This document shows positions 1 through 10,093 of a DNA stretch of 64,000 nt, piece by piece. The DNA lies in assembly GCA_951406725.2 (NCBI GenBank), contig OX597821.1, positions 64,976,001 to 65,040,000 of the forward strand. The letters run 5' to 3'. The position numbers were made by a program, and so were the translations under genes. The first letter of the stretch is position 1. Each line of letters begins with the position of its first letter. The notes under the pieces are model-generated. The model did not search any database. It saw only the letters and a program-made list of their open reading frames with translations, and was not told where the DNA came from. The DNA is from Octopus vulgaris (taxonomy: Eukaryota).

Positions 1-1458
1 AATCGAGCTCGGAATCTTGGGGTTAGTAGCCCGTGCTCTTAACCACTTAACCCAGATTCGAAATTTCCGCAAGACATCTAATGAAAGCTGGGTGGTATAT
101 CAGCCGAAATGTTGTGTTAACAACAAACAAGATGAGGACAAATATCTGTCAAATGTAAATAACGTATAAACACCATTGTTTGTCAGGTGAGTTGGTAAAG
201 GACTAGAAAATTACTGACGATTTTTTTGTAAGGTTTAGGAGTTGCAATTCATTGAAGATTTGATTGGAGAAATATCGATATAATTTCCCACTTAATATTC
301 ATTTGAAATTTGGCTCTCGTCTGTCTTTACGTTCTTAGTTCAAATTTCGCCGAGGTCGACTTTACCTTTCCTCCTTTCGGGATCAATAAATTAAGTACCA
401 GTTGCTTACTGTTGTCCCCTCCCTAAAAATTCCGGGCCTTGTAACTAGAGAAAGAAAAGAATATCGATTTCAACTTGTGGTCCAAGGCCAGCAAATTTGT
501 GAGAGGGGGTCGACTCCCAGTGTTCAACTGATACTAATTTTGTCGACTCCGAAATGATGAAAGGCTAAGTTGACTCCGTTGGCATTTGAACTCAGAACGT
601 AAGGTCGGAAGAAATGTCGCTAAACAATTTTTCAGGTGCAATGACGATTTTTCCAGCTCACCTCCTTTCCCCACACCCACATAGTTTCAACAAATCTTGT
701 AAGGCGACGAGCTGGCGGAATCGTTAGCACGCTGGGCAAAATGTTTAGCGGCAGTTCGTCCATCTTTGCATTCTGATTTCAAATTCCGTCAAGGTTAACT
801 TTGCCTTTTATCCTTCGGGTACGATGAAATAAGTACCAGTTGAGTATTGGAGTCGATGCAAACGACTTATTTTCAACCCGGAAATTGCTTGCCATGTACC
901 AAAATTCGAAACCAATATTTACGCGCAGGAGTTGTTGTGTGGTAAGTAGCTTGTTTACCAACCACAGGGTTCCGGGTTCAGTCCCACTGCGTGACAACTT
1001 GGGCAAGTGTCTTCTACTATAGACAAGAGCCTTGTGAGTAGATTTGCTACACGGAAACTGAAAGAAGCCCGTCGTATATAAGTGTGTGTGTATGTGTACT
1101 CCCAACATCGCTTGACAACCGATGTTGGTGTGTTTACGTCGGAAACAATGCGTAGCGGTATTTCGTCCGTCTTTACGCTCTGAATTCAAATTCCTCTGGG
1201 TGTGGGCTTTGCCTTTCATCATTTCGGGTTCGACAAAATGAGTATCTGTTGAACACTAGGGTCGAGGCAATCGATTTAAGCACTCCACCAAAATTGCTGG
1301 CTTCGTGACAAAATTTGAAAGCAATATATTTCCCACTTCATATTTACCAGTCTCAAGACGACGAGCTGGTAAAATCGAGAGCGCGTCGGAAAATCATTTA
1401 GAGGCATGTCTCCCGACTTTTTACGTTCATAGTTCGCAGCCTGAGGAGGTCAACTATA

Positions 1459-1680
1459 CTCTTTACTCTTTTACTTGTTTCAGTCATTTGACAGCGGTCA
1501 TGCTGGGGCACCGCCTTTAGTCGAGCAAATCAACCCCAGGACTTATTCTTTATAAGCCTAGTACTTATTCTATCGGTCTCTTTTGTCGAACCGCTAATTG
1601 ACGGAGACATAAACACACCAGCATTGGTCGTCAAGCAATGGTAGGAGGACAAACACAGACACACAAACATATATACATAT

Positions 1681-1713
<33 letters not shown>

Positions 1714-1875
1714 TATACACGACGGGCTTCCTTCAGTTTCCATCTACCAAATCCACTCATAAGGCTTTGGTCGGCCCGAGGCTATAGTAGAAGACACTTG
1801 CCCAAGATGCCACGCAGTGGGAATGAACCCGGAACCATGTGGCTGGTAAGCAAGCTACTTACGACACAGCCACTC
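1459..1875 (-). mobile_element. tRNA-derived SINE family A
   Basis: Head GGCGCAGGAGTGGCTGTGTGGTAAG...GGTTCAGTCCC, internal microsatellite, tail ACTGAAACAAGTAAAAGAGT. Other copies at about 921-1140(+), 5740-5910(+), 26092-26535(+), 27860-28285(-), 39011-39370(-), 39955-40285(-), 44860-44990(+), 45022-45422(-), 46100-46590(+), 46746-47130(+), 52225-52665(+), 58470-58700(-), 59425-59575(-), 62835-63202(-). Confidence 0.85.
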
Positions 1876-2344
1876 CTTCGCCTTTCATCTTTCCAGGGTC
1901 GATAAATAAATTATCAGTCAAGTACTGGATTCGCTGAAATCTTATAAACCCCTGGCCCTACAGTCATTTAGCAGACCATTGAAGAACGACCCTCGAGCCA
2001 CAACTGTGCAGCCTCGACTTGAGCCAAAAATAGTACGATGCGATTTGAAAGGAGTTTGGTTTGTATTTCCCATGAGTCAAATTACTGTCTGTCAGCCCCG
2101 TCTCAGCGTCCTAACAAAAACTTCACTGCGGACCATAAAATCTGCCAGTCACTCTATTATAAGCTACGACACCGCTCAGCATATATATCTACACGCTTAT
2201 ATGAATGTATGCATTAATAGATATATCTATAAATTAATGAATATAATGTATATAGAGTGGCGAATATTTTTTAAAATTTCACCACCAGTGTGGCCAAGCA
2301 TGTATAAAAAGTCAATAGACAATATATTCTCAATATAAAAATTG

Positions 2345-2633
2345 TGTACATTTAAACATAAGAGAAAACTATATTTAACAGGTAATTTTTACACGCTAGA
2401 AGAAGCAGTCAAAACGACTAATACCACATTTAAGAGCCATTTTCGAAGGGAATGAAAAATAAAAACTTTTACCTTGTTATCTTTTTTTTTTTGGAAAATA
2501 ACAAGGTAAACATTTTTATTATTCATTCCCTTCGAAAATTGCTCTTAAATGTGATTTTGACCGTGTTGACTGCTTCTTCTAGCGTGTAAAAATTACCTGT
2601 TAAATGTAGTTTTCTCTTGTGTTTAAATGTACA
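2345..2633. repeat. Fold-back inverted repeat (MITE-like)
   Basis: Arms ~2345-2480 and ~2497-2633 are reverse complements with scattered mismatches, separated by a T-rich loop. Confidence 0.85.
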
Positions 2634-3490
2634 TTAATGAATGTATATATGATGCTTTATCTATTTTTGATACTTTATGTAAACATATATAGTGGAAATC
2701 GGACCGGTGAGTATGTTAAGTAATAACGTGCACTTAGTTTCGGGCAATGACAGACTGTATAAAATATGTCGTGTCAAGACACGAATTCACATCAAGAATC
2801 TTGCAAACGAAATACAAAAGCGAAATATATGTGTGTGTGTGTGTGTACAAAATTATCTGTAAATATACATAGAGAAGCATGCATATATGTATATATGAAT
2901 GTATGTATATATGTATGTAAGTGTGTGTGTTTTGTGTTGGTGTGCGTATATATGTCTGTGCGCGTGTATATGTGTGTTTCTATGTGTGTGTGGGTGCGTG
3001 TATGGGTGTGTGTTATGTACGCGTCTGGAAAGTTTTCAACAACGCAGGATTCTATAACCTATTGTTATCTAAACCAGAGACATCCATAAATGCACGCACA
3101 AGTATATACATATAAGCACAGACGTACATACATACATACATATGTACACAGAGACTCTCACACACATTTATAAAGAGCGATTGAGGGTGTAGAAAGATAG
3201 ACAGATATAGATGTATAGAAATAGGAATAAGTGAGCAAGCGGAAGGCCGTAGCACTCATTTTGTTGGGATTCTACGCATGCGCACTAACGTATGCATTCA
3301 TATACACATGTATACACATATATGAATGTTTATGTGTATGTTTATGTGCGCGTGTGTGTGTGTGTGTGGGTGTGTGCACTTACAGAAATAACTGCAAATG
3401 GCTTATACGAATATACCGACATAGTACATGCATATGGGCATGTAGAATGACGTATAACACCCGCCACACATTGATACATACATATGTATG

Positions 3491-3522
<32 letters not shown>

Positions 3523-3578
3523 TGTACTCGCATATAAACACACACACACGCACATATATATATATGTACATATATATA

Positions 3579-3730
3579 TCTTTATATATATAAAACTGAG
3601 AATGTGTTTCTGTCTGTCACTGTGTTTCCCTAAAACTTGAGAACTACACAACCAATTTCGTTCAAATTTTACACATACCTTACTTAGGGGCCAAGGAGTG
3701 GCATAGGCTACGACACACATAAGATTTCCG
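3579..3730 (+). mobile_element. 5' fragment of the same Helitron-like family
   Basis: TCTTTATATATATAAAACTGAGAATG...CCTTACTTAGGG. Confidence 0.7.
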
Positions 3731-4090
3731 AAAGTTCGTTTAAGTTTGTTTATTTGTATTTGAAATTAGCTATTTCATCTTTAAATATGAAAAATTAATT
3801 TATCAGGTTTCTCTATTATATGTGCATATATATTTATTTATAGAGATTATTTTAGATCTTAAGTGTAATATTTATATACATTTATATATTTTCATTGATA
3901 ATTTATATATAATAGTCATTTTTTTAATATTTATGTAATTAGATATAGATTAATACCGATATTAGATTATTGGTGGGTTTCCTACCTTATAAATTAAAAT
4001 TAATATTGAACATTATAGTCGATTTTGATATAATCATAATTGTTAAGTTTTATGTTTCTAGTTTGATAATAGAGTTTATTATATATATAA

Positions 4091-4482
4091 AGGCGCAGGA
4101 GTGGCTGTGTGGTATGTAGCTTGTTTACCAACCACATGGTTCCGGGTTCAGTCCCACTGCGTGGCACCTTGGGCAAGTGTCTTCTACTATAGCCTCGGGC
4201 CGACCAAATCGTTGTGAGTGGATTTGGTAGACGGAAACTATGTATGTATATACATGTATGTGCGTGTATGTTTGTGTGTCTGTGTTTTTCCCCCTAGCAT
4301 TGCTGGACAACCGATGTTGGTGTGTTTACGTCACCGTCACTTAGCAGTTCGGCAAAAGAAACCGATAGAATAAGTACTGGGCTTACAAAGAATAAGTCCT
4401 AGGGTCGATTTACTCGACTAAAGGCGGTGCTCCAGCATGGCTGCAGTCAAATGACTGAAACAAGTAAAAGAGTAAAAAGAGA
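4091..4482 (+). mobile_element. SINE family A, full-length
   Basis: Complete head-to-tail match to the family. Confidence 0.85.
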
Positions 4483-5681
4483 ATATATACACTTAGTTAT
4501 GTCTCGGTCAGAATTGGCTCAGGCCATTTCTAACTCGATAGCACTACCTGTAAAAGATGATGTTTCATATTACAGTAATTCTCGGGGCACCATAGTCCAT
4601 TCGAGTAAAGAAGTTATTGTCTGCAGAGATATATACGGGTGTTAGGTGGTTTATCTGGAATTCGTTGGAGATATTCGTCCAGAACGTTTTTGAATGACAT
4701 GAAATCTTTTGCTTCTGTTATGTGTCATGACATAATAATGTTTAAAGAGAACAGTGCCAGTTGAGGTGAAATAGTTTTATTTTAGTGTTGCGATGTGACG
4801 CGAAACATGAAGAAGACGGATGGCATGATGAGCTTTCTTTGATTTTTTCCCGCCAACCAAATTCACTCGCAAGATATTGTTCGGCTCGGGGCAAAAGCGG
4901 AAGACACATGCCCAAGCTGCTACACGGTGGGACTGACTGAAGTGAACCCGAGACCACATGGTTGCTAAACGAACTTCTTCACCACACAGACATGCCAGTA
5001 TATTTCTTAAAAGGCTAATCATTGGTTCAAAGCATTATTGACGTCGAACGTAACAATAGGAAGCCTTTGAAAAATAAATAACATACCGACGCTCGAAAAA
5101 ATATGTGAAGGATTTCGTTAGTAAAACAACATTTTTTTTTCGGTTTTCTCGGATGCTTATCTCCATCACAAGTTATAACATTGTACAATAGCGAAAGATA
5201 TGCGCACACATGCATCTCAGAAACATGCCGTCTGATTGAGCACAAAGTAAACAGTGCATACCCAAGCTAAAACTATAAATATTAAATGATTTTCCATTTC
5301 ATTCTAAAAATGCTAATTTCATGCATAGAATTCAGTATATAATTTAGTAAATGGCTTATATTTTGATGTCAGACAGGTACAATTTCCGTTGCTTTTAAAG
5401 TTGAATGTAACGATATTAACTATACGTGCCATTAGTTTCGGGCTGCAGACTGTATTAAATATAATGTCGTGTCGGAATAATTTATTCTGTTTTTGTTCAG
5501 CCTCATAAGAGAGCAAGGAGTGGGAATGTGCTTGTGCGTATTACAATACACGTGCGTGCGCCTCTAATGATTGGGCTAATTTTAAGGAACGTTTTTATTT
5601 CATGTGATAGTTTATAATAGACATAATGTGTATGTGTGTGTGTGTGTGTGTGCGTGCGTGTGAGGTGTGTGTCTGGATGCG

Positions 5682-5719
<38 letters not shown>

Positions 5720-6126
5720 TACACGCACACACACACACACATGTATATAGACACGGTTGTATAGATAAAAAGCTCGCTTTTCAAGCACATGGCTTGAAGT
5801 TCAGCCTCACTTGCGAAGTAATTTGGGCAAGTGACTTCTACAATAGCTCCGTACCGACCAATACTATATGAGTGAATTTCGTACACGGTAGCTGTGTAAG
5901 AAGTCTGTTGTCTATATATACATATATATATATAGTACAAAATGGGACAACGACGCAAAACGGGACAACAAAACATCCAGATAGACAATACAAAAAACAC
6001 AGACGGGTCATTCGAAGCCTTTTATCTACAGTCAAGAACCGGATCATCCTCGCAATTTCGGCTGATTACGTTTACCTGGATGTTTTGCTGTCCCGTTTTG
6101 CGTTCTTGTCCCATTTTGTATTTTAT

Positions 6127-6161
<35 letters not shown>

Positions 6162-6685
6162 CTGAGAATGTGTTTCTGTCTGTCAGTCTGTGTGTTTCCC
6201 TAAAACTTGAGAACTACACAACCAATTTCATCCAAATTTTACACATACCTTACGTAGGATCCATGTAGTTTCATGGGCAAAAAAAATGTTCAACTTCTTG
6301 CATAGAGCAAGCTCATAGCAATATCATATCTTCTCCACTATTTCAGTATTACGTGTTAAAAGTGAAACAAAAACGTTTCTCTATTTTATGTCAGATACTT
6401 TCACTTTAACAATAAAAAATAATAATAACAATTGAATTATATGTAGTAAGTAATAATTAAAATCAAACTAAAGTATAATATAATCATAACATAACAAAAG
6501 TAAAAATAGAAATTGGTATAAAATTGCATCAATGACTTGAACTTGAATAAGTGGTTTCACATGAATGGGAATAAATTAAAAATAAAATTAGCGTGCAGAA
6601 ATGGAATAGTCCAGATGGATAATAAAAAATTAAATTAAAGAAAAAACTATTGTCTATAAAGTATACAATGTAGAGGAAAAAGGTT

Positions 6686-8360
6686 ACGTTTTTTTTGCGC
6701 TCTGTGTTTTTTGCTCTCTGTGGAATTCGGTAAAGGGAGGAGGGAACAAGGGGTGAATGGTTGTTGTTGTAAAATTTTGAACGTGGTTGATGCGGTTTCG
6801 CGTCTCGCTGGTTCTGCGCGTTACACTTTTTCGGTTCGGGAGGCCGTTTCTCGGCCGGAGGCGACTATGAGCCGCCTCCATCAGGCGGAGGAGATGGAAG
6901 GGAGATTTTACTCTGAAATTTCGACGGAGGTGTCGACATCTGAGGAGGAGTTGGCGGTGAAAAGGATGGAAGGCGCCTGCGCAGGTGTGACGAGGAGGTC
7001 AACGGAAAGAGAGATGGACCTGGCTAGGTTGGCGGGCCTCCAGGAGTTTGTGAAGGAGGACGAGAGCGGTGAGGTCGAGCTGCTGAATCCAGTGGGGCGC
7101 GGAGACTGGTTCCATCGTGGAACCATTAAATATAAAGTATTTATGAATGGAGGTGGAAGGATGGAAGTGGTCAACATGGAGGCAATTGAAGGGGCTCTCA
7201 AGCAGACGGGAGAGGAAGTTGTGTACATGACAGGGGGATTGCAATGCGGAGCGATAGCGGTGCAGTTTAGAAGCGAAGAAGCAGCCAGGAATGTGGCAGC
7301 CAGGGTGGTGAGTACGGAAGGGATTTGCTTGTTGCCCTCATATCTGAATGGGCGGACAACCAGAATTAGGGTGGAGGGAATACCTCCACACCTAGAGGGC
7401 GAATTAATAACGGCTGCGGTTATAAAAGGAAATGAAGATAAAGTGGACATCCTCCACGCCATTATGAAGTATGAAGGCGTGAGAGGTGCCACACTAGTTA
7501 TGAACATTCAAGCGGAGGCGGATGTTATAGAGAGGATTACGGACAGCATAAAAACTGGAAATATTATTATGAGAGTGTGGGTGGAGGGTAGGGCGCCCAG
7601 GTGCTACAAGTGTGGCCAAAGGGGTCACATAAGAGCCTACTGCCCTCCCCCACCAAAGGAAAAAGAAAAGGAAAGCGTTGAGGAAGCCTCAGGAGAGGAA
7701 GAAAATAAACAGAAACAAACAGAGAAGGAAACGACAGAAGAAGAGGAGATGCAACAAGAGTGGAAAGAAGTGGGAACAAAGAGAAAGAGAAAGAAAAAGA
7801 AAAACTGTGCGAAACCCCAACCCACCCCGACACCACCCATACCCTTGGAGTCCCATCCTTCCCCTGCAAACAGTGATTCCACCCACTCCCCGCCTACAAG
7901 AAAAACAAAAACAGACACACAGAGCAAAGAAAGTCCCAAGACCCATTTTTTATGTGTTATACAAGGGAAAGACATACAAAACGTTAAAAAACTGGTGTTA
8001 ACCAAGTGGTACGAACACGAAGATTGGAGCTACACGGCTGTGGATAGTGAGGATACGGGTATATTGGCGACAAGGTTTGAGGAAGAGGGTGTGTGTTGGA
8101 AGTCAGTGGAAATGAAAGATGAATGGATAGAGAGGGCTAAAAGAAAAACGAATGTTGTGATAGGTGAAACAGGAATACTAATTGAAAATGGGTGAAGAAG
8201 GACAGATAAGTGATGCTGGCGGATGGGGCCGTCGGTATCGCTCTCATATATCATTTTCATATTCCATTTTGCTCATATATATGTAATTGTGATGTTCCAT
8301 GTCCCCATGTCTTGTAATGTCCCCCTCTTCGTTGGCCCCTTGTGGGTAATAAAAAATCAT
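6686..8360 (+). mobile_element. ORF1/gag-only retroelement-like unit 1
   Basis: Begins ACGTTTTTTTTGCGCTCTG, ends GCCCCTTGTGGGTAATAAAAAATCAT; single long ORF; termini shared with units 2 and 3. Confidence 0.8.
6867..8195 (+). CDS. Gag-like/ORF1-type nucleic-acid-binding protein (Tx1 ORF1/ZCCHC3-like), 442 aa from first ATG, intact
   Basis: Open frame 6711-8195, first ATG at 6867 (MSRLHQ...). CX2CX4HX4C knuckle CYKCGQRGHIRAYC, preceded by RRM-like segments (AIAVQFRSEEAA; TRIRVEGIPP) and followed by acidic, basic NLS-like (KRKRKKKK) and Pro-rich tracts. Confidence 0.8.
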   Translation: MSRLHQAEEMEGRFYSEISTEVSTSEEELAVKRMEGACAGVTRRSTEREMDLARLAGLQEFVKEDESGEVELLNPVGRGDWFHRGTIKYKVFMNGGGRMEVVNMEAIEGALKQTGEEVVYMTGGLQCGAIAVQFRSEEAARNVAARVVSTEGICLLPSYLNGRTTRIRVEGIPPHLEGELITAAVIKGNEDKVDILHAIMKYEGVRGATLVMNIQAEADVIERITDSIKTGNIIMRVWVEGRAPRCYKCGQRGHIRAYCPPPPKEKEKESVEEASGEEENKQKQTEKETTEEEEMQQEWKEVGTKRKRKKKKNCAKPQPTPTPPIPLESHPSPANSDSTHSPPTRKTKTDTQSKESPKTHFLCVIQGKDIQNVKKLVLTKWYEHEDWSYTAVDSEDTGILATRFEEEGVCWKSVEMKDEWIERAKRKTNVVIGETGILIENG

Positions 8361-10093
8361 ACGTTTTTTTTGCGCTCTGTAAAATTCGGTAAAAAAGAAC
8401 AAAAAGCGTTGTTGTTGTTGTGGAAATTCTGAACGGCGTTGACGCGGTTTCGCGTTTCGCTCGTTCAGCGCGTTACACTTTTTTCTGTTTTGGCGGCCGT
8501 TTTCGGTCTGTCAGACAGAAGGAAATGGACTATGAGTCTTAACAGACTTGTCCACGACAGATGAGGAACTGGAACAGGCAATTGCAATGAAGCTGATGGA
8601 AGAAAAGGCTGGAGTTTTCGAGTCTTTATCAGACTTGTCTACGTCTGAGAAGGAGCTAGAAATAGGCAGCAAGGAAATTGGAAGAGAAGCTGGGTTATAC
8701 CTATGCCGGTGTAACCAAGAAGGCGGAAGAGAAAGGGGTCGACATGGCCAAGTTGCCAAGTTACCAGAAATACATGAAAAAGGAAAGCGGTGAGGTGGAA
8801 CTATCACCGACACCCAGGAGAAAAGAATGGTATGATAAGAGGACCATTGTTTACAGGGTGTGCGCAAACGAAAGGAAGAGGGTAGAAGTTGTATCCATGG
8901 AATGGATAGAGGAAGCCCTGCGAAGAACTGAGGAGGAAATAAATTTTCTGACTCGAGGATCCAAGTACGGGACCGTAGTTGTGCACTTTAAAAGTGAATC
9001 TGCAGCGAGGAAGATGGCAGCGAAGGCGGTGAAGTCGGAAAAGGTAACACTGTTACCTACGTATTTAAACAGGAGGATTACACGAATAAGGGTGGAGGGA
9101 GTGCCACCAAACGTGGAGGCAGAATGGATTGTGGCGGCTGTGATCAGCGGCCACGAGGACGAAGTGGATATTCTCCATGCCTCGGTTAAGTCCGAGGGCT
9201 GGAGAGGCGTAACAGTGGAGCTGAACGTACAGGCAGAGACCGAGGTACTGGTGGACCTGACGGAAAGCATCAGACTGGGAGACGTGGTCATGAGAGTGTG
9301 GGTGGAGGGCAGGGCTCCACGTTGTTACAAGTGTGGCCTGAGGGGTCACATAAGAGCCTTCTGCCCTCCCCCAGGGAAAGAAATGGATTCCGAACCAGAG
9401 AGAGAGAAGCAGAAACCAGAGGAGAAGGAAACAGAGGAAGAGAATACACAGAAATGGAAGGAAGCTGGAAGTAAGAGGAAGAGAAGAATATGTGGAAAAA
9501 AAGAAAATAATATGGAACTCCAATCTACCCCAAAACCTCCCACACCCTCTGAGTCCCACCCTATCCATGCAGACATTGAACCCACCCGCTCCCCCCAACA
9601 AGAAAACAAAAGAAAAAAAGAATACACACACACAAGAGATTGAAATCGAACCCAGGCCGTACATTTGTACTATGACTGAACAGAAAGAAGTTAAAAGTCT
9701 AATGGAAGAGTATAAATGGTATGATGTTGGAGAGACTAGGTATGCTGTGATTGAAAAGAAGAACATAGGTGAGTTTATGGGGAGGTGTGAAAGGGAGAAT
9801 TGGGAGGTGAAAGATATAAGAATGAGCGATGAATTCGTGGAAAATATGGATGAGTATTTCGGAGTAAGAATGGATATGGAATTTATTCGTATTGGCAAAG
9901 AACATTCAAGTGACTATGAAAAACAAAGGACAGGTAAGTGATGCTGACGGACGGGGCCGTTGGTATCGCTTTCATTTTATCATTTTTTTCGTTTAACAAT
10001 TCATGTTCATAAAGTTTAATTATAATGTTCTATGTCCCCATGTTTTGTTATGTCCGCTATTCTTCGTAGCCCCTTAGTGGGTAATAAAGAAAT
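8361..10093 (+). mobile_element. ORF1/gag-only retroelement-like unit 2
   Basis: Begins ACGTTTTTTTTGCGCTCTG directly after the unit 1 tail; ends GCCCCTTAGTGGGTAATAAAGAAAT. Confidence 0.8.
8525..9941 (+). pseudogene. Frameshifted ORF1-type CCHC protein (unit 2)
   Basis: ORF pieces 8548-8793, 8678-9643 and 9492-9941 together match the unit 3 protein; knuckle CYKCGLRGHIRAFC. Frameshifts near 8530, 8665-8680 and in the C/A runs at ~9597-9620. Confidence 0.75.

Noticed and set aside
2766-3720. Many ORFs rich in YI/CV/HT repeats (also at 16.5-17.4, 25-28, 39-40.7 and 60 kb)
   Set aside because: Translations of (TA)n, (TG)n and (CATA)n microsatellites and SINE interiors; no coding signal.
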